64,000 nt of DNA, from assembly GCA_964493115.1 (NCBI GenBank), contig CAZBNF010000001.1, positions 1,786 to 65,785 of the forward strand, in the 5' to 3' direction. Both the position numbers and the translations under genes were made by a program. This stretch comes from an uncultured Planctomycetia bacterium. Lineage in GTDB: Bacteria > Omnitrophota > Gorgyraeia > JABMRG01. The notes below the pieces were generated by a model that was not told the DNA's origin, searched no databases, and saw only the letters and a program-made list of their open reading frames with translations. Below are positions 1-13,400 of this stretch, in pieces (position 1 is the first letter of the stretch; the number at the start of each line of letters is the position of its first letter).

Positions 1-2043
1 AACCGTTCCACTACCTACTTTGCTTTCTACCTTTATGCTGCCGTTATTCCGTTGAACAAGTTCCTTGACAACAGCCAAGCCATAACCACTGCCTTTAGCT
101 CCGCCTTTTGTAGTATAAAATGGCTTGAAAACCTTATCAAGATTATCTTTAGGTATGCCGCAGCCCGTGTCTTTTATCTCAACCCTTATTGCTTTGACAT
201 CCTCTTTTGCGATAACCGTAATTGTACCGTTTTCTCCTATGGCCTCAATAGCATTTCTTATGAGATTGAAAAATATCTGCTGCAGCTGATGCTCGTCTGC
301 TATTATCTTTGATAATTCCTTTGCTATTGACTTCGTAACTGTTATTTTTGTCTCTTCAAGTTTATGCCTAAGCAGGGCGAGAGATTCATCTAAAACCTTC
401 TCAATATCAACAGGCTTTGAAGCAACTATGTTTGAGGGCTTCGCAAACCCGGAAAGCTTGCTTGTTATATCCGTTACTTTTTTTATCTCTTCCATGGTAT
501 TTGACATTATCTGTTCTGCCTTATCGGAACCGGCCTTTGAAGATTTTTCATCTTTATCATTAAGATACATCTGCATTTGCATGCTTATCCTGCTTAGCGG
601 GCCGCAGATTTCATGGTTTATAGCAGAGGTAATAGTGCCTATCGTAGCTAGCTTTTCATTCTGAGCAGCCTGCATGAAAAGCCTGGCATTGCTTATAGCT
701 ATGGACAAGGCTTTGGTCAGGGTTGTCAATATGTCAATGTCTTCTGCGCTGTACTCCTGGTCTGATTTTTTAGGGCCTAAGCTTAATATACCTACAAGCT
801 CACTATGGATAATTAAAGGTATGCATAAATGAGAGCATATTTTATCCATATCTTTTTTAACAGCATCAGAGGCCTGAAGTACCTTATCATAGCTTTGATA
901 CAGTAACGGTATGCTATTAGACCGTAATGATTTCATAAGCTCACTTTCAGTATCAAGATATATTCCCTTATCCTCTATGCCGATGGAATCATATATTTCA
1001 TAACCTATTTCCTCCCTGCTTAACAATAGTATCGCACAATTAGCAAGATATAGATTGTTAACCAGCGTCTCCGCTGTAACTTTACAAAGCCTGTCAAGAT
1101 TTAGAATGGTCAATACCTCATCCGCGAAATCCCTTAGAATCTTTCCGGGGCTGTATTTTTTCTGAAAGAGGTACCTGTTTGTTATATTCACAAGGAAATT
1201 CTTAAAAGGATCATGCAGTAATATAATAAGAAAAATGCTTATTGCAATGGATGAATAGAGATTTACTCGTCCGGCAGGCAGCAGGAAAAACGAAACAAAA
1301 CTTACAACCCCGGCAAAAACACCAAACATCAGGCCGAACAAACCGGCAAATACCAGTGTCTTTTTGATTATAACTTCTATATTAAGGAGCTTATGGCGTA
1401 TTATCGCATATGCCACTAATACCACGTATCCGACTATCAAGATATTCGGATATGGTGGAAATTTTATGTTATACCACATAGGCCAATTAGATGCTCCTCC
1501 TATAAATCCAAAAACAGCTGCTACCAAACAATACTTGATCTGCTCATGCTTCAAACCGCTGCTATCTTTTAATCCTAACACAAAATACCTAAAACCATAT
1601 AATGCCTGGGCAAACCAAAAAACTAAATACACACTAAAAAGCGTGCTCGGGACAGGCCACAATCCAAAATTATATTTCGTTATAAAGTTTTCATAAAAAA
1701 AGCCTGAAAAATTACAATAACCGAAAACAATACTAATCACATATATGATAGCCAACGGTTTCTTTTTTTCTGATATTTTATCAGTAAAAACAAAAACAAA
1801 ATGTAGAAAAGCGGCATTTATCAATATAAATCCTAAAACCAGAACTTTAAACCAAAATATTTTGCTCGCCAAATCAGCAGTTACTTGCCACAAGAAATAA
1901 CCTACACTATAAAGCGTTATAGATAAATTAACATTTAAATATGCTTTGCTTGTGGATGTATTAGGGTTTTTTAGGTACCCATATAAGCCAAGCACAAGGC
2001 TGGTTGCTGCATTTAATAAACCGGTAAAAGCTAAAAAAGTCAT
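1..2043 (-). CDS. Membrane sensor histidine kinase (N-terminal 7TM-like region, GAF, HisKA, HATPase); 3' end runs off the window
   Basis: Absent from the ORF track because it has no stop in the window. Manual translation from ATG 2043 gives MTFLAFTGLLNAATSLVLGLYGYLKNP and several TM helices. It continues with a GAF segment (LCIPLIIHSELVGILSLGPKKSDQEYSAEDIDIL), H-box SAINHEI, N-box QLQQIFFNLIRNAIEA, DTGCGI, FKPFYTTK and GSGYGL. Confidence 0.9.
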   Translation of the reverse strand, partial: MTFLAFTGLLNAATSLVLGLYGYLKNPNTSTSKAYLNVNLSITLYSVGYFLWQVTADLASKIFWFKVLVLGFILINAAFLHFVFVFTDKISEKKKPLAIIYVISIVFGYCNFSGFFYENFITKYNFGLWPVPSTLFSVYLVFWFAQALYGFRYFVLGLKDSSGLKHEQIKYCLVAAVFGFIGGASNWPMWYNIKFPPYPNILIVGYVVLVAYAIIRHKLLNIEVIIKKTLVFAGLFGLMFGVFAGVVSFVSFFLLPAGRVNLYSSIAISIFLIILLHDPFKNFLVNITNRYLFQKKYSPGKILRDFADEVLTILNLDRLCKVTAETLVNNLYLANCAILLLSREEIGYEIYDSIGIEDKGIYLDTESELMKSLRSNSIPLLYQSYDKVLQASDAVKKDMDKICSHLCIPLIIHSELVGILSLGPKKSDQEYSAEDIDILTTLTKALSIAISNARLFMQAAQNEKLATIGTITSAINHEICGPLSRISMQMQMYLNDKDEKSSKAGSDKAEQIMSNTMEEIKKVTDITSKLSGFAKPSNIVASKPVDIEKVLDESLALLRHKLEETKITVTKSIAKELSKIIADEHQLQQIFFNLIRNAIEAIGENGTITVIAKEDVKAIRVEIKDTGCGIPKDNLDKVFKPFYTTKGGAKGSGYGLAVVKELVQRNNGSIKVESKVGSGTV

Positions 2044-2047
2044 TGTT

Positions 2048-3388
2048 TTATTTCTTGGTTATATTGAAAAATAAAATTATATTGGATTTATCTCTTTCAA
2101 TTTTTAAATCAAAGCTCTCTGCTATGCTGTTATGTACTATATCCAGTATATTCTTTTCGTTTCTTGGATAAAATGTCCAATTAGCCCACCAATCAATGGG
2201 AATGGGGTCATATTGTGTCATATCTTTGTGGGCCAAAACTAAGGAACCCCATGGTTGCAGGATACTAAACCAAAAGGAAATTAGCCGTTTAAGTATTTTG
2301 TCAGGAATATAATCCGCCAATCCTATGCTATAGATAAGTGAATAATTACCTAAAATCTTTTTGTATTCCTGGTCATTTTTTATATAATCTAATACATTAT
2401 GATTCAAATAATTGAATTTTAAATCTTTGGATTCGTAAGAAGCCAGGGCATTTCTGGAAAAATCCAAAGCCTCCTGATCATGATCTACCAATGTAAAAAT
2501 CATTTCTTTTTTTGGTACAGAACCTGTGCACAATACATCTACTATTTCCCTGCAAGATCCACAAGCAATGTTTAATATCTTTATAGCACCGGGTTGTCCG
2601 CTAATCAAATGCTTATTAAGTATGTCCTTCATCTTGTCTTTTCTGTTTCTCACAGCAACAGCATACTTATTATTTAGAAAATACGTGTCCGAGCAATATC
2701 CAATACCTTCCGAAATTGCTTTATTGTCATATATGAATTCTATGGTTAAGTAGTCTCCTGGATATCCACGCGGCTTTTCAAAAGCTCGCTTAAGAATTTT
2801 ACCTTTATACCCCCATGGCCCTAAAAGTGTCCTGAAACACTCTTTCAATTTTTTAGCAAGCGGTTTACTATTAAGCAGATTTTCAATTTCATGACCCTTT
2901 TTTACAATATCATCATTTAAATTTTCAGATTTCTTGCACGCATGGTCTAATAAGATATTATTATCTCGAATACTGCATGCAAGGGAATCCAATTGTGACA
3001 TAAACTTCTTACAATAAACAACAAAAAAATCTATCACTCTTTGTTTTGTTTCAAAAACTGGTATGTTGCCAACTACGCGCTCTATTGCCTTACGTATATA
3101 TATCTCACGTAAAAGATCTCGTTCTTTTTCTTTTAACCGTATAAAACAGGCACCATACCTGAACTTGCCTTTCTGCACAAGCTGCTTGTTCCAGATAACC
3201 TTAAACTCTGTTTTTATTGACTCTTTTGGTGATAACTCTATTTCTGCGGTTACTTTTGACAGCGATAGAGGTTTTTCAAAAACCAGACCAAGGCCTGTCT
3301 GGCTAATATCCACAACCTCGCCAAGAATATTAGAATCAATTTTTATAGGAAAAGACGCGTTGACTCTTGGATATGCCCGATTCTCCAT
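2048..3388 (-). CDS. PilZ domain fused to a class I SAM-dependent methyltransferase (PhcB-like)
   Basis: PilZ motifs RAYPR and DISQTG. Methyltransferase motifs KPRGYPGDY, ILNIACGSCRE, LVDHDQEAL and YSIGLADY. Confidence 0.8.
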   Translation of the reverse strand: MENRAYPRVNASFPIKIDSNILGEVVDISQTGLGLVFEKPLSLSKVTAEIELSPKESIKTEFKVIWNKQLVQKGKFRYGACFIRLKEKERDLLREIYIRKAIERVVGNIPVFETKQRVIDFFVVYCKKFMSQLDSLACSIRDNNILLDHACKKSENLNDDIVKKGHEIENLLNSKPLAKKLKECFRTLLGPWGYKGKILKRAFEKPRGYPGDYLTIEFIYDNKAISEGIGYCSDTYFLNNKYAVAVRNRKDKMKDILNKHLISGQPGAIKILNIACGSCREIVDVLCTGSVPKKEMIFTLVDHDQEALDFSRNALASYESKDLKFNYLNHNVLDYIKNDQEYKKILGNYSLIYSIGLADYIPDKILKRLISFWFSILQPWGSLVLAHKDMTQYDPIPIDWWANWTFYPRNEKNILDIVHNSIAESFDLKIERDKSNIILFFNITKK

Positions 3389-4302
3389 TACTTAACCTTT
3401 TTTACTAAATCATGCTTAAAACATATTGACCAGAGCATCTTATTAAGGCGCTCTGCGTTTTCCTTGTTCTTTTCTTCGTCATATTTGAACATATCTTCAC
3501 CCTCAACCCAGATACCAGTGCTTTGAATAGTGCCTTTTAAACCGTGGGAATTTATATCCTGTTGTGTGCCGTGTACGATTATCGCCTTGGGGGCATATTT
3601 CGATTTCATAATATCAGCTAGCAGGCCGGCTGTTGGTTCAGATTTTCTGCCATGAGGTTCATCCATAGGCACATCTGTAGCGCATATTACTATATCGGGC
3701 CTGAATGCTGATAATGCTGACAGCACTTCCTTTTGACAATATACAGATATATACTCGTATTCGCCGTAAGGCTCTATAAGCGGGGGTGGGTATTCATTTT
3801 CACCATCCTGAATCGGCAAAAGATACGGCATCCAGAACTCTCTTTCCACAAAAAGTATCTTTGCCACAGGGATAACATCATCGCGTTTTTTGATTTCATC
3901 AAGTGTAACAGGAATAACTGTTGTATCTTTATCTTTCTGAGCCTTTAATACCTCATCAAGCCTTTCTTTTATTTCATTTAATACAGGGGGCTTTGGGAAA
4001 AAGCCGTCAACTCCAAGCTTTGCCACCACATCTTTCACCTGGGAATCATAGCTTGTTATCACTAATACTTTTGTTGAGGCGTATTTCTCGCGTATTATTT
4101 TTAGTATTTGCGTACCTTTTATGCCGGGAAGCTGCATATCAAGCAGAACCGCATCAGGCCTTTGCGTTTCAAGTATTTTCAAGGCCTCTTCACCTGTTAA
4201 GGCAACGTATAATTCATAATCAGAGGCCTTTAAAAAGTAACTTTCAAACAGGTTTACCAGGCTTTGATCATCTTCTACCATGAGAACTTTCATATTAGGC
4301 AT
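3388..4302 (-). CDS. Response regulator: N-terminal receiver domain plus a degenerate receiver-like C-terminal domain
   Basis: VLMVEDD, LLDMQLPG (phospho-Asp), VITSY and FFPKP. The second half (KILFVE...FRPDIVIC) is receiver-like. SD GAGGAGG upstream. Confidence 0.85.
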   Translation of the reverse strand: MPNMKVLMVEDDQSLVNLFESYFLKASDYELYVALTGEEALKILETQRPDAVLLDMQLPGIKGTQILKIIREKYASTKVLVITSYDSQVKDVVAKLGVDGFFPKPPVLNEIKERLDEVLKAQKDKDTTVIPVTLDEIKKRDDVIPVAKILFVEREFWMPYLLPIQDGENEYPPPLIEPYGEYEYISVYCQKEVLSALSAFRPDIVICATDVPMDEPHGRKSEPTAGLLADIMKSKYAPKAIIVHGTQQDINSHGLKGTIQSTGIWVEGEDMFKYDEEKNKENAERLNKMLWSICFKHDLVKKVK

Positions 4303-4451
4303 ACCATCCTCCTCTTAAAGCTTAGCTTTTTTTAGTTTAGTATTATTATAACAAATAGAAATACCTTATGGTAGGGGAAAGTGAGAGAAGCGGTGTTTTT
4401 TTAATATGATAGTTTTGCTGGGGGTATGAGATATGCGAACAGACTATATAA

Positions 4452-7400
4452 TTACGCGGCTTTTTGTATTGCGCTGTTTCTATTTTTAAGGTTTCTAAGA
4501 TTTGCAGGGTCAATTCTGTTGCTTCTTATATCAACAGCAGGCGTTGTGACCGTGGTTTCTTGTGGAGTCATTAATGTATCGGATGTAATGCTTCTTTGGG
4601 CATTAGCAGATGATAATAATCTCATAACAGCTTTTTCAAGGATCAGGCTTGAGCGATGTTTTTGCTGCAGCCTCTGCAAAACAGGAAGTGCCCTTATATC
4701 TTCTATTTTACCTAATACTTCGGCAAGGCCTTCCATTTGACTTATACTATTAGTTTTTTCTATCGTATTTAGCAAAACAGGCACTATTTCTTTGCCTTTT
4801 TGTGTTAATACCTCTATGGCTTGTTCTCTTTTTTCTAAGGCAAGATGTTCTTCATTATAAGAACCAGCGCTTGAAGATTTCACCTGCATTTCAGCAGTTT
4901 TTGAAAGACTATTAACCCCAACTTCGGAAGCGGGTTTTTGATGCACTATAATATCTATTAAAACTTTGGCCAACACTTTTGGTAAATCATCAATCTCATT
5001 AACTAAAATAAATGGTTTATAAACATCTTTTACGTATTCCATAGCATATCCAATACCTATGCCAATTACTTCTATGTGTTTTCTATGGGCTTCAGCTAAA
5101 TATTTAGTTACACTCTCTCTCCCATTGCCCTGCCCATCTGTAATTACAATAGCTATCTTTGAATCTCCATCTTGACTTTCTAATTCCTTGATTGCCAACT
5201 CTACAGCCTCTGCATCGTTAGTGCCTTGTCCGCGTGCCATATAACTTAGCACTTCACTAATCAGGCTATCCTTGTTTTCATACCGGAATTTCTTGCCAAA
5301 CTCTTTATGAATCCAAGCTCTTTCGCTAAAACCTATTACGCTAAAATCAATATCCAGCCGCGATAGTACTTCTTGCAATAATACCAGGCTATGCATAGCG
5401 TTTATTACCTTATCAGAAGATCCCATTGAACCGCTTTCATCTAAAACAAGTGCAAATTTGAAGCTGCGCTTAGTAGGCTTTACTCTTCTTAACCATATGT
5501 CCATATCTGCGGTTTGTTCCATTTGCATGGCTTTTCTCAAATTTAGTTTTGGCCCGGTAGAATAATCACCTTTATATTTAGGCTTAATGTCTTTATGTAA
5601 TTCATTATCCAAAACACCGAATAACTGTTCAATCAAGCGGGTCATAGGAAGATAGTACTCATCATAACGTGTTAATTTTCTTTTACTATCTTGGTCGAGC
5701 TTCTCTCTAAGCTCTATTTGCTCTAATGCTGAAAGAGATTTTTCGCTTTTAGAAGCTGGGATACTTCGATCCATTAAGCCCTGAGGCTGCCCTACTCCTT
5801 CAGAAATTTTAGATTTACTATCTTTTCGTTCCCGACTTTCTTCTTTAGTAAGTGCGTCTGATGCTGTTTTTTTCTCATCAGTCTTATCTGCGCTACCCTT
5901 TATTACTTGGTTTTTAGTATCTGCTCTGCCGGCATCTTTCTTTACCCTGCTGCTTCCCGCAGTTTTATCTTCGGAAACAGTTTTTTCCAATTCTTCGTCA
6001 ATGGGAAATTTTCGCCCTAAAGCGTCTGCTGCTTCTTTAGATTTTTGTTCAACTTCTTGATTAGCTTTTTCCTGTTGTTGCTGAGAAGAAGCACCCTTAC
6101 CACTAGTTCGACTATTATTTTGCTTAGCTATACTTTTAGAGTCCTCTACGAGCTCATTATACGCGGGCAATATGTTGTGCTTGATAATCCATGCTGCATT
6201 TTGTGCAGCGCTTATTTTTTCTTCTGCGCTAGGGCTGAGATTGATAACAATATGGTGGGTTTCCCCTTCGGATAAACTAATGATTTCTTTATGACCCCTT
6301 GCTGTTGTCAGTACAATTTTATTCTCATCGATGCGCTGTATAGCACTTATATCAGGCTGTCCCAAATATTGCCTTTGCCCTATATGAGGAAGGTCAATAG
6401 ACATTGGTTTAAATACAGGAGAAGAAATTGTTATTCTATTTCCGCGTTCTTTTGTTACTGAAATAGTTCCCGGTAATGTTTCATAGGCCCTAATAGCGTC
6501 TTCCCTGGTTCTTTGCAGGACATCTAAAACGCGCTTATTCTTAATTGCAGGATGCTCTTTACCGTAAAACCAGTGGTGGATCAATCCTAATCCATATTGA
6601 ATATGCGGTAAAACAGTTGAATCATGAAAGGGCTCTTTTTGATCTATGGGGAATGTTTCTTTGTATAGATCTCTAAAGTAAGAAGAAGCCCCCTTATATT
6701 TTGCCATAATCCAATTATTGACCCGTGGATCTTCTACAGCATTAAATAAAAATCTATTTGATTCTGATTCGTGGAATTCGGGGTCAACCCATGTAATGTC
6801 ACGATGGCTGCCCTCATGCATAGCAGTTGCTACGTTGCACCGCCAGTTCTTCTTCATTAAATCCTTCTCAGGAAATACAATCGTGGGCGGGTCGGTATCA
6901 TATGTAATGCCCCATTCGTTTCCTGGATGGGGCTGAACTTTAACATTAAAATCTCCGCCAAAAAATTTCGCGGTTAATTCAATTTTACGCATAGCACTGT
7001 TTACCCGCTGCAGCTTTTGCCAGCGGTTTAACCTGCTAAACCAGCTTAATTCCTGCTGAGCCTCAGTTATATGCAATCCTGCAGAAGATGATTTTTGCGA
7101 AGTCAAATTTTCTGGATTTTTTCCTAGCTGTTCCTGCAAATTCGCTATTTCTTTATACATGCCATCTATTTTCTTGCTTAACTGGGCTAGGGCATCGCTT
7201 GTTGATTTAAGACTTTCTAATTTCTTCTGCATTGTTTCCAGATCATCTTCTGGATCTTTAGCAATTTGGCCTAAGGTTCCTTGCTGTTTTACATTTTTCT
7301 TTAAAATTAAATCTAGCTGTTCTTGAATATCATCAAGTTTGCTTTCAGTGCTTTTGGTTTCAACCGTTTTAGTTTCCAGCTCTTGTTGCGGAGCTCTGGC

Positions 7401-10400
7401 GGACTCCTCTAATCTTGCCTCTTTTTCCTGTCTTTCTTTTTCAGCTTGTGCTTTGTGCGCGGTTTCTGCTTCGGTTGCTTGAATACGGGATTCTGCTTCT
7501 TTAAATTTCTGCTCAAAACGGTCTTTTAATTCTTGCGTTCTTTGTGGATCATGCCTTTCCACAATAACTATCTTTTCTTCAAACAACTTTCTTTCTCTCT
7601 CTAAACCCTCTCTGCTGCCTGCTGAGGATGTCTTAGTAGCCGCGATATTGTCTAGGGACTGCATAATCGACTCTATATCAGACACAGCATTTCCCACGCT
7701 GATTGCAATAGCGCGCTCTGTATCAATCTTTTGCCTTCTGGCATTTATCTCTTTTTCAATATCGGCAAACTCGGCGTACAAGTCCTCTCCATATCCTTGC
7801 TTAAATTCCACGGAATATTTACCCGCATGCTCTTCGGACGCAGCTATCAGGACTATATCATTAACTATATCTTCATTTTTATCTATTATTGACTCTATTT
7901 GTTTAGACTGCTGCCTGCTTAGCTCTTCTAATCTTGCCTCTTTTACAAATAAAGTTCTGGGTTGTGAAATAGTTTTAAAAAACTCATTTGGAATTTCAGT
8001 TTCTTTTGTCTCTCTTTCAGGAGCAGCCAAGTAATGTTTGACTATTGAAATTTGTTCTTCTTCAGGCTGTTCACCAGAAACCCACAGTAAGCTAAATTTG
8101 TTAAGCATGGCCAAAGACAACCTCATTCTGCCTGCATAACTTTCAGGATTCATCGCAGCAAATAACCTAAAGGTGGGGTGTATACGATAAAAACCTTGTT
8201 TCCTCAACTGCGCATGAGCAATACTATCTGCTGTAGCAGGGTCTCGCGTAATGTTACCGCTTTTTAGTATCTCTTCTTTAAGTTTGTTGAATTTAGTATC
8301 ATATAATTTTGCGGGTAAATAAACTTCGTTCTCATGCTCTGTAACCACAAGAATTCCATCATCATCTAAGAGACTATTTATGCGCTCAAGCACTTCAGGC
8401 TCAGCTAAATTTAACTCATCAATGAGAATCCAACTGCCAGTTTCTAATGCTTGGAGCAATGCCCCTGGGTACCATTTATATCGGTTGGTCTTTTCCTCGG
8501 GAATAAACTGACCTATGAGTTCAGCTACATCCGTTTGGCCATCAAGATCTAAACTTATAAAATTTATATTGACAAGATCCGATAGATGTCTTACAAAAGC
8601 AGTTTTTCCGCCTCCTGTTGGCCCGACAAGAAGCATGGGTTCGTTTCTTAGTACCGCCTTGGCTAATTTTTTAAGATACTTAGAGGTAGAAGGTGTTAAA
8701 TCTAAAGGATGAGCAGGAACATAAATATCCCTACGGCCATTTGTTTCAAGATATATATCTCCGAAATATATTTTATTACCCTTACTAGAAATCTGATAAT
8801 CAGTATCATAAAAATCACTGCCAAATTTTTCAGCTAGCGTATCATAAAGATATTTTCTAAGTTCCTCTTGATGCATTTCTTCAGATAATCCATCACCATA
8901 AACTTCTTTGCCCTCTAAAACAGCCGCTCTTCTTAACGTATTTTCATCTTTAACCGTAGTGTCTTTTATGCGGTTCAGCCACCGCATTAAATGTCTAATA
9001 GTATAATATATCTTGCCATCTGCCAACTTTCTCCCTTTCTCTTTTATCTGGAAATGTACATCTAAAAACTTATCTAGAAGCTGGGCAGGGAGCTCCCTTC
9101 CGTAAAGTTCCTTGATGATGTCCATTGTATCGGGGTCTCTACGTAGTTCATCTATCCACTTAACCCTGAATCTATTCATTAAAGCTGGTGAAAATCTTTT
9201 TCTACCAGCATATTCTGCATCAGCGGGATTCATTGTCGCTAACAAACGGAAGTCTGGATGTATGCGGTATAGTTTTGTATCTTTAACCACAAGATACTCT
9301 GCGCCGTTTGAGTCCTTTTTAATCGCATCTGTATTGGATTTAAGTAAAATCTTTTTTTGATCATCATACCTCTCTGCCTGTATCCATTTCTCATTCTCAT
9401 GTTCGGTCACTACTAAAAATCCATCATCGTCTAATAAGGAATTTAATCTCTCAATGATCTGAGACGGGGCAAGATTGATCTCATCTAAAACAAGCCAATG
9501 CCCTTCTCGCATTGCTTCGATTAATATGCCATTGCGCCAAACAAAAACGCCATTTTCATCGGGCTTAAAGCCACCAATAAATTCTAATTTTTCTGTTTGG
9601 CCGCTTAGATTAAATCTTCGGAAATTATTTCGTGATTTATTAGCAAGATATCTTATAAAAGAAGTCTTACCTACGCCTGTTTCTCCTACCAATAAAAGAG
9701 GTTCTTTTAAAATTATACTCAAGGCAATATTGCTGAGATTTAATTTTGTTTGAGGCGTTAAAATAAGTCTTGCAACTTCTTCACTGGGGACATAATCCAA
9801 TGTATTATTTTTATTAACAAGCACTTGGGCACCTTCAATGTCAATTGATTTACTATCAAAATTAATTTCAACAGGCACACGTCCAATCGCATACAATTTT
9901 AAATAATCCAAGTCCAACAACGGGACCGCCATTTGCTTTCCCTTCAAAACATCCTCAATAATCTCTATAAACAGTTTCCTGTCGTTTGTTTTTGAATCCT
10001 CTCCTTTTTCATTTTTATATCTGAATTCTTTGGCATGCAGCCTGTCAATATAGATATAAGCCAGTCCTTTATTAAATGCCTTATTCATGCCAACTTTAGG
10101 GCTCATCATGGAAATATAACGTGATAGAGCCCGCAATTCTCTTATGCTAAACTCATATTCTGCAGTAAAAACTGAAAGTTTTTTAAAAATATCCTGGAGT
10201 TCTGTGTGGAATAAAACCATGGCTTTAGCTGCTGAGTCCAAGGCGTGGCCTTTAATAGTACCTTTTGAATACTCCGATAAATATCCTTTAGTTATTTCCG
10301 TTAATTCTTCAAAAGACATATCGCCAGAAATCCAGATTTCGGTAAATTTATTACGCATTGCTATAGACAGCCTGTTTCTGCCTGCATAATGCTCTGGGTT

Positions 10401-13400
10401 CATTGCTGAAAAAAGTCTAAAATCAGGATGAATTCTAAATATCTTTTCTTTTGTCAGCTTTTCGATTGCCCTTTGCCTCGCTTCTTCTTTGGATACTCCC
10501 GAAGTAATATATTCCTTTATAAATACATCTAATTTCTTTTCGTATTCAACACTTGATATAAGTTTTTCGTTCTCATGTTCGGTTATCACCAAACAAGAGT
10601 CATCATCTAGAAGTGAATTTATGCGCTCTAAAATTTCAGCTTCAGCTAAATTAATTTCATCAAATAGTACCCACCATCCTTCTTTAAGCGCTCTCACTAG
10701 CATACCGTCCTGCCAGAAAAATTCGTTCTTCTTTCCCTCAACAGGAACATATTGCCCAATGAGTTCGGAAGTATCTGTTTGAGCATCTAAATTCATCCTG
10801 GCAAAATTATTTTGCGTAAGATGTGCTATATAACGAATAAATGAGGTTTTCGCACTTCCTGTCGGGCCTACCAGCAGAACTTTTTCATTCATCATAACAG
10901 CCTTGGCAATTCTTCTTAGATAATGTAAAGTACTCTGTGTGTGGGTTAAGATTGCTTCGCGTCCCGGTATGTATGGGCCTCCTCTTTGATTTTTGGGTAC
11001 AACTATATCTCCAAAAATAGAGTCAGATTGCACAATTTGCGGACTTTGGCCTAAAACAGATTGTTTCTCAAACGCTATCCTTATAAGTTCATTGGCCAGG
11101 AAGTCCTGTTCATCTTCATCACGAATTCTATCGCTATAAACCTCCCAAAGCTCTCGCATAAGGATATCATCCCTTTGGTAACCATCTAGAGGCATGCTTG
11201 TATTGTTTTCTTCTAAATCTATTATACGTGCTACTCGTTTTCCTAATTTTAAAAGATCGCGAATTGAATAGTGATACGGATCAACTGCATCTTTTCCAAT
11301 TTCCCGTAGCTTAGCTGCTGTTGATATGCGCTCATGAACAATACCAAGCCTGTCTAATGACCCGTCTCCTGAAATAAAATGCTTTTCAATGTCGTCTTTA
11401 AGGGCACCTGTTTCTTTAGCATAATACTTTTCTAAAAGTACGAGTTTTTTTTCTGTGGTGGTAAGCTCATCTATCCACTTGACCCTAAATCTATTCATAA
11501 GAGCGGGGGAAAGAATTTTACGCCCTGCATATTCAGCAGGATTCATTGTTGCAAATAAACGGAAATCGGGATGAACACAATAAATCCTTCTTCCGTCACT
11601 ATCTACAAGATAGTTAACTTTTCTAAACTCATCGAAGAACTCTTCAGCTCCCTGTCTTTTTTTCTCTTCATATACTCCGATAGACTTAAAATGCTCTCCT
11701 AAGTGTTCTGCCAAAACCAATGTGCGATCATCGTCTAAAAGCGAGTTTAGTCTTTCAAGAACCTGTGATTCTGCAAGATTTAACTCATCCAAAACCAGCC
11801 AATGCCCATAAAGCATTGCCTCTAACAGTATTCCGTCTTTCCACTTAAATACTCCTGATAGATCCGGCTTATATCCTCCTATAAATTCTGTTTTATCGGT
11901 TTGGCCGCTTAGGTTAAATCTCCTAAAACTGTGCCTGGTCAAATTAGCTAAATATCGCACCAAAGATGTTTTGCCTACGCCTGTTTCTCCTATTAATAAA
12001 ACAGGGTCATCTAATAATACAGAAAGAGATATTTGTTTTAGGGCCTTGACAGTATCTATAACAGGGATTAATTCAGAATTTTCTGATTCAGGAATAAAAA
12101 CTTGCGTATTTCCTGAATCCTGTAATGGCGCGGGTACAAAGATTTTATATATAAGAGCGCCGTTGTCCAACCGCTTGATTGCGTCTGGCCGCAATGTTTT
12201 TAGCATATCATCTTTGCTTGTAGCTTCTTTTTTTATACTTGCCACTATATTATTACTTTCAAGTAACGCATTACGATATTTTTTAAAGGTCTCTATTATC
12301 AAAGGTCCATAGCTTGATAAAATTTCCCTAAATCCAATCCATTCTCTCTTTTTAATTTCATCACCATATATTGCTTTTATAGGTTTATATACGATTTCTC
12401 TAAATGTAGTTGCGGCTAAAATAGTAAAACTGGAAATAAAATAACCAAAAGCTCCTCCGGTAATCGCGCCAAATGCAATCTGTGTCCACTGCGGAACCCA
12501 CCCAATAATAGGAATTACGGGCAGGCTGTCTATTTTTGCAGTATGGAATAGCGAAATATTGAAAATTATACCCAATATAAAGCCTGATAAAAGCGTAAGC
12601 TTGCCATACCACGTATTAAAATAATTAAGTTTTTCTTCTGATTCAAATGGGAAGTGAATAAATTTGCCTTCTTTCGTTTTTTCAAGCAATGAATAAAAGT
12701 CCTCTAAATCCAATGCCAATTTTTTATATCGTGCAGAAAGTATTTGTAGCTGCGGTAAATAAATAAGATAATATGATTGCCCGAGTAAATCTAACAGGCC
12801 AAAACTAATTCCAAATACCCCCGAAAATATACTTAAATAAGCAGAAAATACAAGTATACTGCTAGTTGTGTATAAAGCTAAAATTACGGGCAAAGTAAGC
12901 AGGCCTGCTACAATAGTGCCTGTGACTAAATAGGTAGCGGCGTTTTCTTTATTGAATCTCCAAATCCTGCTTCCAAATAGGTATCCCAAAAAAGCAATTA
13001 AAGCTGTGCTTAAGCTAAAAGACGAAGCTTGCAATATAAAAGGTGTAGCAAAAATCATTACTGCTGAACTAATAAGAAGTAAAGAAATTATTGTTGATTT
13101 TTTCTTTAAAAACCCAAATATACCCAAATAATCTCCTGAACTGTCTTTTAATCTAATAAGTCTTTGCAAAGTCTTATCCCATGGCAATTTATCGGGGCGC
13201 TTGCCAGGGTTTTGCGAAAGACGCGGTATAGCTTTCTGTTCCCATTCCACCCATTCTAATTTTTCTAAAACCAAAGCTGAAGTTAATCTTAAATCTTGAT
13301 TATCATCGCTTAGAAATACCGCCAGCTTAGCCGCAAATGGTGTAAATTCATTAACAAAATTCTTATCCCTTGGGTCAAATACCTGACTTAACGTTTCCAT

